Source: Peduovirus P22H1
Sequence record: NC_049386.1
Reading direction: 5' to 3' (one strand)
DNA: 32,662 nucleotides
Positions within the stretch are counted from its first letter, which is position 1, and every line of letters begins with the position of its first letter. The position numbers and the translations under genes are program-made. Shown piece by piece: positions 1 through 9,427 of the stretch. Under the pieces are notes generated by a model. It did not search any database, was not told the origin of the DNA, and saw only the letters and a program-made list of their open reading frames with translations.

Positions 1-31
1 GTCGGCAGCGTCAGATGTGTATAAGAGACAG
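1..31. other. Illumina Nextera / Tn5 mosaic-end adapter remnant (library artifact, not biological)
   Basis: Bases 1-31 read GTCGGCAGCGTCAGATGTGTATAAGAGACAG, the Nextera read-1 adapter ending in the 19-bp Tn5 mosaic end; recognised from memory. Confidence 0.9.
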
Positions 32-41
32 GGGAAAGCAC
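31..41 (+). other. cos: Partial cos cohesive-end sequence (last 11 nt of the P2-type 19-nt cos)
   Basis: GGGGAAAGCAC directly after the adapter matches the 3' part of the P2 cos sequence GGCGAGGCGGGGAAAGCAC as I recall it; the following bases also resemble the P2 left end and the portal gene follows as in P2. Confidence 0.6.
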
Positions 42-183
42 TGCGCGCTGGCGGTGGTGCGGATTTTATTTTTTCAGCGTCTGAGCGCGTCGTGAAGGCG
101 TTTACTTGGCCTGCTAGGGCGTTGGTGTGTCTGCGGGGTGTTTTGTGCGGTGGTGAGCGTGTGAGGGCGTGATGACGGGGTGT

Positions 184-205
184 AAAAAAGCCGCCCGCAG
201 GCGGC
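184..205 (-). terminator. Putative rho-independent terminator after portal gene Q (minus strand)
   Basis: Hairpin GCCGCC-cgca-GGCGGC (190-205) adjacent to an A6 run (184-189) on the plus strand, i.e. a T-run after the hairpin on the minus strand, just past the Q stop codon. Confidence 0.5.
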
Positions 206-210
206 GATGT

Positions 211-1245
211 TCAGCCGTTGTCAGTGTCCAGTGAGTAGTTTTTAAAGCGGATGACCTCCTGGCCGAGCCAGCCGTTTATTTCCCGAATCCTGTCCTGTAA
301 CGGGATTAGCTCATTGCGGACAAAGACCTTTGCCACTTTCTCAATATCACCCAGTGACCCGACGTTCTCCGGCTTGCCACCCATCAACTGAAAGGGGATG
401 CGGTGTGCGTCCAGCAGGTCAGCGGCGCTGGCTTTTTTGATATTAAAAAAATCGTCCTTCGTCGCCACTTCACTGAGCGGGATAATTTTAATGCCGTCGG
501 CTTTCCCCTGCGGGGCATAGAGAAACAGGTTTTTAAAGTTGTTGCGGCCTTTCGACTTCACCATGTTTTCGCGAAGCATTTCGATATCGTTGCGATCCTG
601 CACGGCATCGGTGACGTACATGATGTATCCGGCATGTGCGCCATTTTCGTAATACTTGCGGCGGAACAGCGTGGCCGACTCATTCAGCCAGGCAGAGTTA
701 AGGGCGCTGAGATATTCCGGCAGGCCGTACAGCTCCTGATTAATATCCGGCTCCAGCAGGTGAAACACGGAGCCGGGCGCGAAGGCTGTCGGCTCGTTGA
801 AGGACGGCACCCACCAGTAAACATCCTCCTCCACGCCACGGCGGGTATATTTTGCCGGTGAGGTTTCCAGTCTGATGACCTTACCGGTGGTGCTGTAACG
901 CTTTTCCAGAAACGCATTACCGAACACCAGAAAATCCAGCACAAAGCGGCTGAAATCCTGCTGGGAAAGCCACGGGTGCGGGATAAACGTTGAAGCCAGA
1001 ATATTACGTTTGACGTAAATCGGTGAGCTGTGATGCACGGCAGCACGCAGGCTTTTTGCCAGACCGGTAAAGCTGACCGGCGGCTCATACCATCTGCCGT
1101 TACTGATACATTCGACGTAATCCAGAATGTCACGGCGGTCGAGCACCGGCACCGGCTCACCAAAGGTGAATGCCTCCATTTTCGGGGCGCTGGCGGTCAT
1201 TTTTTTTGCCGCAGGTTGCGGTGTTTTCCCTTTTTTCTTGCTCAT
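211..1245 (-). CDS. Q: Portal (capsid portal) protein gpQ
   Basis: 344-aa ORF, same length as P2 gpQ; sequence recognised as P2-type portal; sits at the cos-proximal left end next to P. Confidence 0.9.
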   Translation of the reverse strand: MSKKKGKTPQPAAKKMTASAPKMEAFTFGEPVPVLDRRDILDYVECISNGRWYEPPVSFTGLAKSLRAAVHHSSPIYVKRNILASTFIPHPWLSQQDFSRFVLDFLVFGNAFLEKRYSTTGKVIRLETSPAKYTRRGVEEDVYWWVPSFNEPTAFAPGSVFHLLEPDINQELYGLPEYLSALNSAWLNESATLFRRKYYENGAHAGYIMYVTDAVQDRNDIEMLRENMVKSKGRNNFKNLFLYAPQGKADGIKIIPLSEVATKDDFFNIKKASAADLLDAHRIPFQLMGGKPENVGSLGDIEKVAKVFVRNELIPLQDRIREINGWLGQEVIRFKNYSLDTDNG

Positions 1246-3053
1246 CAGTAAAACTCCAGAATGGTGGATGTCAGCGGGGTGCTGATACCGGCGGGGTCGT
1301 CGGCAGCGTCAGATGTGTATAAGAGACAGGTGAGTGGCTCATTTAACAGGGCGTGCATGGTCGCCCAGGCGAGGTCGGCGTGGCTGGCTTCCTCGCTGCG
1401 GCTGGCCTCATAAGTGGCGCTGCGTCCGCTGCTGGTCATGGTCTTGCGGATAGCCATAAACGAGCTGGTGATGTCGGTGGCGCTGACGTCATATTCCAGA
1501 CAGCCACGGCGGATAACGTCTTTTGCCTTGAGCACCATTGCGGTTTTCATTTCCGGTGTGTAGCGGATATCGCGCGCGGCGGGATAGAACGAGCGCACGA
1601 GCTGGAACACGCCGACACCGAGGCCGGTGGCATCAATACCGATGTATTCGACGTTGTATTTTTCGGTGAGTTTGCGGATGGATTCAGCCTGAGTGGCAAA
1701 GTCCATGCCTTTCCACTGGTGACGCTCAAGTATTCTGAATTTGCCACCGGCCACCACCGGCGGTGCCAGCACCACGCATCCGGCACTGTCGCCACGGTGT
1801 GACGGGTCGTAACCAATCCATACCGGGCGGGAGCCGAACGGATTGGCGGCAAAGGGTGCATAGTCTTCCCATTCTTCCAGCGTGTCGACCATGCAGCGTT
1901 GCAGCTCCTCGAACGGGAACACCGACGCCTTGTCGTCAACAAATTCACACATGAACAGGTTTTTAAAATCGTCGGCGCTGTTTTCACGTTTGAGCTGCTC
2001 AATGTCGAACAGTGTGCAGCCGCCTTTCAGGGCGTCCTCAATGGTGACAATCTGCCGCCACTGGCCGTCCGCACAGAGAAGCCCGCTGGCAAGGGCGTTA
2101 TGACTGACGTCGATTTCCACACGTTCGGCGGCGCTGGCACGTCCCCGGTTGAACAGTTCACCTGACCAGAACGGGTAGGCGTCGTGCGCCAGCGTGGACG
2201 GGGTGGAGAAATAGGTCGAGCGCAGGTGACTCTGTGAGGCCATACCTGATGCCACCTTACGCAGTACCTGAAAATTCGGGATCCAGAAAATCTCATCGAC
2301 GTACAGGTCGCCGTTATGGCTCTGCGCGGTGTTGGAGTTGGTGCCGAGAAAAATCAGTTTTGCGCCGTTATTGCCCAGGACAATCGGGTCACCGGTAAGG
2401 TCAACGTCCACCAGACGGGCAAAGGCGATGATGTATTCGCGGAACACATACGCCTGCGTTTTACTGGCCGACAGAAAAATCTGGTTATGACCGGTTTTCA
2501 GGGCGCGCAGCAGTGCCTCGCGGGAAAAATAAAACGTCGCGCCAATCTGGCGGGATTTCAGGATATCGCGGATGCGGTGCTCAAGCCCGGCGCGATACCA
2601 GTGCAACTGATAGTCGAAAGACTGCTCAAAGAAAATCTGCTCCAGCTTTTCGATGGCTTCGTCACTGAAAAAATTCTTTTTCGGTTTGCGACGCCCGCCT
2701 TTGTTGCGGTTAGCGACGTTCGGATTAAGGTCTGCCTCGTTGCCGGTCTGGCTGTAGCGGTTTACCCGTGCCAGTCGTTCAATCTGGCGTCCCAGCAGGT
2801 CAATTTCCTTGAAGTCACCGCCGGTTTTCTGCGGTTTGATGATGAGCTGGGTCAGCCGCGCTTCCAGGCTCATTTCGACACGGCTGATGGGGGCAACGCT
2901 GTCCCAGCCGTCGCGCTGTTTCCAGCTCTGCACCGTCGGGCGTTTCATCTGCAACATGGCGGCAATCTGCGGCACGGAAAACCCCTGCCAGTACAGCAGC
3001 GCCGCCTGACGACGCGGGTCGTGTAAAAGAGTGGTGTCTGTGGTGATGGTCAT
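1245..3053 (-). CDS. P: Terminase large (ATPase) subunit gpP, carrying an in-frame 33-nt adapter insertion near its 3' end
   Basis: N-terminus MTITTDTTLLHDPRRQ at the internal ATG 3053 (10 codons into the track ORF); about 591 codons without the adapter versus about 590 for P2 gpP; stop TGA overlaps the Q start (ATGA). Confidence 0.88.
   Translation of the reverse strand: MTITTDTTLLHDPRRQAALLYWQGFSVPQIAAMLQMKRPTVQSWKQRDGWDSVAPISRVEMSLEARLTQLIIKPQKTGGDFKEIDLLGRQIERLARVNRYSQTGNEADLNPNVANRNKGGRRKPKKNFFSDEAIEKLEQIFFEQSFDYQLHWYRAGLEHRIRDILKSRQIGATFYFSREALLRALKTGHNQIFLSASKTQAYVFREYIIAFARLVDVDLTGDPIVLGNNGAKLIFLGTNSNTAQSHNGDLYVDEIFWIPNFQVLRKVASGMASQSHLRSTYFSTPSTLAHDAYPFWSGELFNRGRASAAERVEIDVSHNALASGLLCADGQWRQIVTIEDALKGGCTLFDIEQLKRENSADDFKNLFMCEFVDDKASVFPFEELQRCMVDTLEEWEDYAPFAANPFGSRPVWIGYDPSHRGDSAGCVVLAPPVVAGGKFRILERHQWKGMDFATQAESIRKLTEKYNVEYIGIDATGLGVGVFQLVRSFYPAARDIRYTPEMKTAMVLKAKDVIRRGCLEYDVSATDITSSFMAIRKTMTSSGRSATYEASRSEEASHADLAWATMHALLNEPLTCLLYTSDAADDPAGISTPLTSTILEFY
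1297..1329. other. Internal Nextera adapter sequence embedded in the terminase gene (assembly or trimming artifact)
   Basis: TCGTCGGCAGCGTCAGATGTGTATAAGAGACAG, the full 33-nt adapter, at 1297-1329; translates to an 11-residue insert (LTCLLYTSDAA) near the gpP C-terminus. Confidence 0.9.
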
Positions 3054-3226
3054 GAATACCTCGCCGTGATGAATACACGGCAAGGCTACTGAGTCGCGCC
3101 CCGCGATTCGCTAAGGTGCTGTTGTGTCAGTGATAAGCCATCCGGGACTGATGGCGGAGGATGCGTATCGTCGGGAAACTGATGCCGACATGTGACTCCT
3201 CTAATCACTATTCAGGACTCCTGACA
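3054..3226. promoter_or_regulatory. Divergent intergenic region expected to hold the late promoters for the P-Q and O-N-M-L operons
   Basis: Inference from position between divergently transcribed P and O, as in P2; I could not confirm an exact Ogr-box (TGT-N12-ACA) by eye. Confidence 0.4.
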
Positions 3227-4081
3227 ATGGCAAAAAAAGTCTCAAAATTCTTTCGTATCGGCGTTGAGGGTGACACCTGTGACGGGCGTGTCATCAGTGC
3301 GCAGGATATTCAGGAAATGGCCGAAACCTTTGACCCGCGAGTCTATGGTTGCCGCATTAACCTGGAACATCTGCGCGGCGTCCTGCCTGACGGTATTTTT
3401 AAGCGTTATGGCGATGTGGTCGAACTGAAGGCCGAAAAGATTGACGATGATTCGGCGCTGAAAGGCAAATGGGCGCTGTTTGCGAAAATCACCCCGACCG
3501 ATGACCTTATCGCGATGAACAAGGCCGCGCAGAAGGTCTATACCTCAATGGAAATTCAGCCGAACTTTGCCAATACCGGCAAATGTTATCTGGTGGGTCT
3601 GGCCGTCACCGATGACCCGGCAAGCCTCGGCACGGAATACCTGGAATTCTGCCGCACGGCAAAACACAACCCCCTGAACCGCTTCAAATTAAGCCCTGAA
3701 AACCTGATTTCAGTGGCAACGCCCGTTGAGCTGGAATTTGAAGACCTGCCTGAAACCGTGTTCACCGCCCTGACCGAAAAGGTGAAGTCCATTTTTGGCC
3801 GCAAACAGGCCAGCGATGACGCCCGTCTGAATGACGTGCATGAAGCGGTGACCGCTGTTGCTGAACATGTGCAGGAAAAACTGAGCGCCACTGAGCAGCG
3901 CCTCGCTGAGATGGAAACCGCTTTTTCCGCACTTAAGCAGGATGTGACTGACAGGGCGGATGAAACCAGCCAGGCATTCACCCGCCTGAAAAACAGTCTC
4001 GACCACACCGAAAGTCTGACCCAGCAGCGCCGCAGCAAGGCCACCGGTGGTGGCGGTGACGCCCTGATGACGAACTGCTGA
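3227..4081 (+). CDS. O: Capsid scaffolding protein gpO
   Basis: Internal start MAKKVSKFFRIGVEGDT gives 284 aa, the P2 gpO length; track ORF begins 22 codons upstream. Confidence 0.85.
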   Translation: MAKKVSKFFRIGVEGDTCDGRVISAQDIQEMAETFDPRVYGCRINLEHLRGVLPDGIFKRYGDVVELKAEKIDDDSALKGKWALFAKITPTDDLIAMNKAAQKVYTSMEIQPNFANTGKCYLVGLAVTDDPASLGTEYLEFCRTAKHNPLNRFKLSPENLISVATPVELEFEDLPETVFTALTEKVKSIFGRKQASDDARLNDVHEAVTAVAEHVQEKLSATEQRLAEMETAFSALKQDVTDRADETSQAFTRLKNSLDHTESLTQQRRSKATGGGGDALMTNC

Positions 4082-4139
4082 CCGGCGTCAGTCAGTCCGG
4101 GAAAACCTTCACGATTAACCCTTAATTTCAGGAAAAACT

Positions 4140-5213
4140 ATGCGCCAGGAAACCCGCTTTAAATTTAATGCCTACCTGTCCCGTGTTGCCGAACTGAACG
4201 GCATCGACGCCGGTGATGTGTCGAAAAAATTCACCGTTGAACCGTCGGTCACCCAGACCCTGATGAACACCATGCAGGAGTCCTCTGACTTTCTGACCCG
4301 CATCAACATTGTGCCGGTCAGCGAAATGAAAGGGGAAAAAATTGGCATCGGTGTCACCGGCTCCATCGCCAGCACCACCGACACCGCCGGTGGCACCGAG
4401 CGTCAGCCGAAGGACTTCTCGAAGCTGGCGTCAAACAAGTACGAATGCGACCAGATTAACTTCGATTTTTATATCCGCTACAAAACGCTGGACCTGTGGG
4501 CGCGTTATCAGGATTTCCAGCTCCGTGTCCGTAACGCCATTATCAAACGCCAGTCCCTTGATTTAATCATGGCCGGTTTTAACGGCGTGAGGCGTGCCGG
4601 AACCTCTGACCGCAGCAGCAATCCGATGCTGCAGGATGTGGCGGTCGGCTGGCTGCAGAAATACCGCAATGAAGCCCCGGCGCGCGTGATGAGCAAGGTC
4701 GCTGACGAGGAAGGTCGCACCACCTCTGAGGTCATCCGCGTGGGTAAGGGCGGTGATTATGCCAGCCTTGACGCACTGGTGATGGATGCGACCAACAACC
4801 TGATTGAGCCGTGGTATCAGGAAGACCCTGACCTTGTGGTGATTGTGGGACGTCAGCTACTGGCGGACAAGTATTTTCCCATCGTCAACAAGGAGCAGGA
4901 CAACAGCGAAATGCTGGCCGCTGACGTCATCATCAGCCAGAAACGCATCGGTAACCTGCCGGCGGTACGCGTCCCGTACTTCCCGGCGGATGCGATGCTC
5001 ATCACAAAGCTGGAAAACCTGTCCATCTACTACATGGATGACAGCCATCGCCGCGTGATTGAGGAAAACCCGAAACTCGACCGCGTGGAGAACTACGAGT
5101 CAATGAACATTGATTACGTGGTGGAAGACTACGCCGCCGGTTGTCTGGTGGAAAAAATTAAGGTCGGTGATTTCTCCACACTGGCTAAAGCGACCGCAGA
5201 GCCGGGAGCGTAA
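4140..5213 (+). CDS. N: Major capsid protein gpN
   Basis: 357 aa, same as P2 gpN; position after O. Confidence 0.9.
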   Translation: MRQETRFKFNAYLSRVAELNGIDAGDVSKKFTVEPSVTQTLMNTMQESSDFLTRINIVPVSEMKGEKIGIGVTGSIASTTDTAGGTERQPKDFSKLASNKYECDQINFDFYIRYKTLDLWARYQDFQLRVRNAIIKRQSLDLIMAGFNGVRRAGTSDRSSNPMLQDVAVGWLQKYRNEAPARVMSKVADEEGRTTSEVIRVGKGGDYASLDALVMDATNNLIEPWYQEDPDLVVIVGRQLLADKYFPIVNKEQDNSEMLAADVIISQKRIGNLPAVRVPYFPADAMLITKLENLSIYYMDDSHRRVIEENPKLDRVENYESMNIDYVVEDYAAGCLVEKIKVGDFSTLAKATAEPGA

Positions 5214-5216
5214 CCG

Positions 5217-5960
5217 ATGACGAGTCCCGCACAGCGCCACATGATGCGGGTCTCGGCAGCGATGACCGCGCAGCGGGAAGCCGCCCCGCTGCGACATGCA
5301 ACTGTCTATGAGCAGATGCTGGTTAAGCTCGCCGCAGACCAGCGCACACTGAAAGCGATTTATTCAAAAGAGCTGAAGGCCGCGAAAAAACGCGAACTGC
5401 TGCCGTTCTGGTTGCCGTGGGTGAACGGCGTGCTGGAGCAGGGCAAAGGTGCACAGGATGACATTCTGATGACGGTCATGCTGTGGCGTCTGGATACCGG
5501 CGATATTGCCGGTGCGCTGGAGATTGCCCGTTATGCCCTGAAGTACGGTCTGACCATGCCGGGTAAACACCGCCGTACCCCGCCGTACATGTTCACCGAG
5601 GAGGTAGCGCTTGCGGCCATGCGCGCTCACGCTGCCGGTGAGTCTGTGGATACCCGCCTGCTGACGGAGACCCTTGAACTGACCGCCACGGCTGACATGC
5701 CTGATGAAGTGCGCGCAAAGCTGCACAAAATCACCGGTCTGTTTCTGCGTGACGGTGGTGATGCCGCCGGTGCGCTGGCTCACCTGCAACGTGCGACACA
5801 GCTCGACTGTCAGGCAGGCGTCAAAAAAGAGATTGAACGACTGGAGCGGGAGCTGAAACCGAAGCCGGAGCCGCAGCCCAAAGCGGCCACCCGCGCCCCG
5901 CGTAAGATCCGGAGCGTGACACCGGCAAAACGTGGACGCCCGAAAAAGAAAGCCAGTTAA
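5217..5960 (+). CDS. M: Terminase small (endonuclease) subunit gpM
   Basis: 247 aa, same as P2 gpM; basic C-terminal tail; synteny. Confidence 0.85.
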   Translation: MTSPAQRHMMRVSAAMTAQREAAPLRHATVYEQMLVKLAADQRTLKAIYSKELKAAKKRELLPFWLPWVNGVLEQGKGAQDDILMTVMLWRLDTGDIAGALEIARYALKYGLTMPGKHRRTPPYMFTEEVALAAMRAHAAGESVDTRLLTETLELTATADMPDEVRAKLHKITGLFLRDGGDAAGALAHLQRATQLDCQAGVKKEIERLERELKPKPEPQPKAATRAPRKIRSVTPAKRGRPKKKAS

Positions 5961-6059
5961 CAACCGAATGCGCCCCGCGCCAGGGCGGCACGCCGGTCAG
6001 TGAGGGTGAATCACCTGACACTGCACCGGCGTCCACCGCCCGACTTTTCAGAGGTAGTC

Positions 6060-6569
6060 ATGATGACGCTGATTATTCCGCGAAAGGAGGCTCCCGTGTC
6101 CGGTGAGGGTACGGTGGTCATCCCGCAACCGGCAGGCGACGAGCCGGTGATTAAAAACACGTTCTTTTTTCCCGATATCGACCCGAAGCGCGTCCGGGAA
6201 CGTATGCGCCTTGAGCAGACCGTCGCCCCCGCCCGTCTGCGTGAGGCCATCAAGTCAGGCATGGCGGAGACGAATGCGGAGCTGTACGAGTACCGCGAAC
6301 AGAAAATTGCCGCCGGTTTTACGCGTCTGGCGGACGTCCCGGCGGACGACATCGACGGTGAAAGCATCAAAGTTTTTTACTACGAGCGCGCCGTGTGTGC
6401 GATGGCGACCGCGTCGCTTTATGAACGTTATCGCGGTGTGGATGCCAGTGCGAAAGGCGACAAGAAGGCCGACAGCATTGACAGCACCATTGATGAGCTG
6501 TGGCGGGATATGCGCTGGGCAGTGGCGCGCATCCAGGGCAAGCCGCGCTGCATCGTGAGTCAAATCTGA
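6060..6569 (+). CDS. L: Head completion/stabilisation protein gpL
   Basis: Internal start MMTLIIP preceded by GAGG gives 169 aa, the P2 gpL length; stop overlaps the X start (TGATG). Confidence 0.8.
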   Translation: MMTLIIPRKEAPVSGEGTVVIPQPAGDEPVIKNTFFFPDIDPKRVRERMRLEQTVAPARLREAIKSGMAETNAELYEYREQKIAAGFTRLADVPADDIDGESIKVFYYERAVCAMATASLYERYRGVDASAKGDKKADSIDSTIDELWRDMRWAVARIQGKPRCIVSQI

Positions 6570-6772
6570 TGAAGACCTTTGCGCTACAGGGCGACACGCT
6601 CGACGCCATTTGTGTCCGGTATTACGGGCGCACTGAGGGCGTGGTTGAGACCGTGCTCGCCGCAAATCCGGGACTGGCTGAACTGGGTGCGGTGCTGCCA
6701 CACGGCACCGCCGTCGAACTGCCCGACGTTCAGACCGCGCCCGTGGCTGAAACTGTCAATCTGTGGGAGTAA
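6569..6772 (+). CDS. X: Tail protein gpX (LysM-like)
   Basis: 67 aa from MKTFALQGDTLD, the P2 gpX length; synteny. Confidence 0.75.
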   Translation: MKTFALQGDTLDAICVRYYGRTEGVVETVLAANPGLAELGAVLPHGTAVELPDVQTAPVAETVNLWE

Positions 6773-6775
6773 CGC

Positions 6776-7057
6776 ATGACAGCAGAAGAAAAAAGCGTCC
6801 TGTCGCTTTTCATGATTGGGGTGCTGATTGTTGTCGGCAAGGTGCTTGCCGGTGGTGAACCCATCACCCCGCGTCTGTTTATCGGGCGCATGTTGCTCGG
6901 TGGTTTTGTCTCGATGGTTGCCGGTGTTGTTCTGGTGCAGTTTCCTGACCTGTCACTGCCTGCGGTGTGCGGCATCGGCTCCATGCTGGGTATCGCCGGT
7001 TATCAGGTGATTGAGATTGCCATTCAGCGCCGCTTTAAGGGCAGGGGGAAACCGTAA
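6776..7057 (+). CDS. Y: Holin gpY
   Basis: 93 aa with hydrophobic membrane segments (LSLFMIGVLIVVGKVLAGG; FVSMVAGVVLVQF); first gene of the lysis cassette. Confidence 0.8.
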   Translation: MTAEEKSVLSLFMIGVLIVVGKVLAGGEPITPRLFIGRMLLGGFVSMVAGVVLVQFPDLSLPAVCGIGSMLGIAGYQVIEIAIQRRFKGRGKP

Positions 7058-7554
7058 TGCCGGTTATTAACACGCATCAGAATATCGCCGCCTTTCTCGA
7101 CATGCTGGCCGTGTCCGAAGGGACGGCAAACCATCCGCTGACGAAAAACCGGGGCTATGACGTGATAGTCACCGGACTGGACGGGAAGCCGGAAATTTTC
7201 ACCGACTACAGTGACCACCCGTTCGCGCATGGCCGACCGGCGAAGGTGTTTAACCGTCGCGGTGAAAAGTCCACGGCATCCGGTCGCTATCAGCAGCTTT
7301 ACCTGTTCTGGCCGCACTACCGCAAACAGCTTGCCCTGCCGGATTTCAGTCCGTTGTCACAGGACAGGCTCGCCATTCAGTTGATCCGCGAACGCGGTGC
7401 ACTGGATGACATCCGGGCGGGACGCATTGAGCGCGCTATTTCACGCTGTCGCAATATCTGGGCGTCCCTGCCGGGAGCCGGTTACGGTCAGCGTGAGCAT
7501 TCACTGGAAAAACTGGTCACCGTCTGGCGTACCGCTGGCGGCGTACCGGCTTAA
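7057..7554 (+). CDS. K: Endolysin gpK
   Basis: 165 aa, the P2 gpK length; immediately after the holin. Confidence 0.85.
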   Translation: MPVINTHQNIAAFLDMLAVSEGTANHPLTKNRGYDVIVTGLDGKPEIFTDYSDHPFAHGRPAKVFNRRGEKSTASGRYQQLYLFWPHYRKQLALPDFSPLSQDRLAIQLIRERGALDDIRAGRIERAISRCRNIWASLPGAGYGQREHSLEKLVTVWRTAGGVPA

Positions 7555-7568
7555 ACGGAGTAAACACC

Positions 7569-7994
7569 ATGAAGAAATTATCCCTTTCACTGATGCTGAA
7601 CGTGTCGCTGGCGCTGATGCTGGCACTGTCCCTGATTTACCCGCAGAGCGTGGCCGTCAGTTTTGTCGCCGCCGGGGCGATTCTGGCGACGGTTATCTGT
7701 GTGGTTGCCGGTGGTGTCGGCGTGTATGCCACAGAGTATGTACTGGAGCGCTACGGGCGGGAGCTGTCGCCGGAATCGCTGGCCGTGAAGATTGTCGCGT
7801 CGCTGTTTTTGCAGCCGGTGCCGTGGCGCAGACGGGCGGCGGCTCTGGTGGTGATGGTGGCGACGTTTATCTCGCTGGTCGCTGCCGGGTGGATTTTTAC
7901 TGCGCTGATTTACCTCGTGGCGTCGGTGTTTTTCCGGCTGATACGTAAAGCCTGTCGTCAGCGTCTTGAGGGGCGGGAATTATGTCAAAGCTGA
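7569..7994 (+). CDS. lysA: LysA lysis-timing membrane protein
   Basis: 141 aa, strongly hydrophobic with several predicted membrane helices; P2 lysA position. Confidence 0.7.
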   Translation: MKKLSLSLMLNVSLALMLALSLIYPQSVAVSFVAAGAILATVICVVAGGVGVYATEYVLERYGRELSPESLAVKIVASLFLQPVPWRRRAAALVVMVATFISLVAAGWIFTALIYLVASVFFRLIRKACRQRLEGRELCQS

Positions 7995-8407
7995 TGATTG
8001 TGCTGGTCGTGTTGTTATCGCTGGCGGTGGCGGGGCTGTTTCTGGCGAAGCATGAAAACGCCAGCCTGCGCACCTCACTGGACAGGGCGAACAGCGTCGC
8101 CAGCGGGCAGCAGACGACCATCACCATGCTGAAAAATCAGCTTCATGTTGCACTCACCAGGGCAGACAAAAACGAGCTGGCGCAGGTGGCACTGCGTCAG
8201 GAACTGGAGAACGCCGCGAAGCGTGAAGCACTGCGCGAGAAAACCATCACGAGGTTACTTAATGAAAACGAGGATTTTCGCCGCTGGTATGGCGCTGACC
8301 TGCCTGATGCTGTGCGCCGGTTGCACCAGCGCCCCGCCTGCACCGACGCCAGTGATTGTCCACAACGCCTGCCCGAAAGTGAGTCTTTGCCCGATGCCGG
8401 GCAGTGA
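7982..8407 (+). CDS. lysB: LysB, Rz-like inner-membrane spanin
   Basis: 141 aa with an N-terminal membrane anchor (MSKLMIVLVVLLSLAVAGLFLA) and coiled-coil-like remainder; P2 lysB position. Confidence 0.75.
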   Translation: MSKLMIVLVVLLSLAVAGLFLAKHENASLRTSLDRANSVASGQQTTITMLKNQLHVALTRADKNELAQVALRQELENAAKREALREKTITRLLNENEDFRRWYGADLPDAVRRLHQRPACTDASDCPQRLPESESLPDAGQ

Positions 8408-8552
8408 CCCGGAGACGAACGGCGATTTAAGTGCCGATATCCGGCAGCTTGAGAACGCGCTGGCACGCTGTGCCAGCCAGGTAAAAATGATTAAACACTG
8501 TCAGGACGAAAACGATGCTCAAACCCGACAGCCTGCGCAGGGCGCTGACTGA
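8262..8552 (+). CDS. lysC: LysC, Rz1-like outer-membrane lipoprotein spanin nested out of frame in lysB
   Basis: Internal start MKTRIFAAGMALTCLMLCAGC carries a lipoprotein signal and lipobox; 96 aa, the P2 LysC length; overlaps the lysB 3' region and the R start. Confidence 0.7.
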   Translation: MKTRIFAAGMALTCLMLCAGCTSAPPAPTPVIVHNACPKVSLCPMPGSDPETNGDLSADIRQLENALARCASQVKMIKHCQDENDAQTRQPAQGAD

Positions 8553-8982
8553 TGCCGTCACGGTGCTGAAAACTAACCCCGATATGCTGCGGATATTCGT
8601 GGATAACGGGAGTATTGCTTCCACACTGGCGACGTCGCTGTCATTCGAAAAGCGTTACACGCTCAATGTCATTGTGACCGACTTTACCGGTGATTTTGAC
8701 CTGCTCATCGTGCCGGTGCTGGCGTGGCTGCGGGAAAATCAGCCCGACATCATGACCACCGACGCAGGTCAGAAAAAGGGCTTCACGTTTTATGCAGACA
8801 TCAACAATGACAGCAGCTTTGATATCAGCATCAGCCTGATGCTGACCGAGCGAACGCTGGTCAGTGAGGTGGACGGCGCACTGCATGTGAAGAATATCCC
8901 GGAACCTCCGCCGCCGGAGCCGGTCACCCGCCCGGTGGAGCTTTATATCAATGGCGAACTGGTGAGCAAGTGGGATGAATGA
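8515..8982 (+). CDS. R: Tail completion protein gpR
   Basis: 155 aa, the P2 gpR length; synteny. Confidence 0.8.
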   Translation: MLKPDSLRRALTDAVTVLKTNPDMLRIFVDNGSIASTLATSLSFEKRYTLNVIVTDFTGDFDLLIVPVLAWLRENQPDIMTTDAGQKKGFTFYADINNDSSFDISISLMLTERTLVSEVDGALHVKNIPEPPPPEPVTRPVELYINGELVSKWDE

Positions 8983-9427
8983 GTTTAAGCGTTTTGAAGA
9001 CCGGCTGACCGGACTTATTGAATCGCTGTCACCGTCAGGGCGTCGACGACTGAGTGCCGAACTGGCGAAACGTCTGCGTCAGAGTCAGCAGCGTCGGGTG
9101 ATGGCACAGAAAGCCCCGGACGGCACACCCTACGCGCCACGCCAGCAGCAGAGCGCCAGAAAAAAGACCGGTCGCGTTAAGCGAAAAATGTTTGCGAAAC
9201 TTATCACCAGTCGTTTTTTGCATATCCGCGCCAGCCCGGAACAGGCATCAATGGAGTTTTACGGCGGGAAGTCACCGAAAATCGCCAGCGTGCATCAGTT
9301 CGGTCTGTCGGAAGAAAACCGGAAAGACGGTAAGAAAATTGATTATCCGGCGCGTCCTCTGCTCGGCTTTACCGGTGAGGATGTGCAGATGATTGAAGAG
9401 ATTATCCTGGCTCACCTCGACCGTTAG
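8975..9427 (+). CDS. S: Tail completion protein gpS
   Basis: 150 aa, the P2 gpS length; synteny. Confidence 0.8.
   Translation: MNEFKRFEDRLTGLIESLSPSGRRRLSAELAKRLRQSQQRRVMAQKAPDGTPYAPRQQQSARKKTGRVKRKMFAKLITSRFLHIRASPEQASMEFYGGKSPKIASVHQFGLSEENRKDGKKIDYPARPLLGFTGEDVQMIEEIILAHLDR

Noticed and set aside
1-31. Tn5 transposon insertion suggested by the mosaic-end sequences
   Set aside because: Only the 19-bp mosaic end fused to Illumina adapter bases is present, with no transposase gene, no paired inverted ends and no target duplication; these are library adapters.
2316-3026. 236-aa plus-strand ORF antisense to terminase P, and similar long antisense ORFs elsewhere (for example 403-861, 5364-5963, 16805-17269, 20034-20723, 21541-22110)
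   Set aside because: They lie wholly inside well-supported conserved phage genes on the opposite strand and have Arg/Ala/Gly-rich composition typical of shadow ORFs in GC-rich coding DNA.
3100-3145. Exact Ogr-dependent late promoter box (TGT-N12-ACA) upstream of O, and likewise upstream of FI at about 16260-16330
   Set aside because: TGT-rich sequence is present but I could not find an exact TGT-N12-ACA match by eye, so only the general promoter region is reported.
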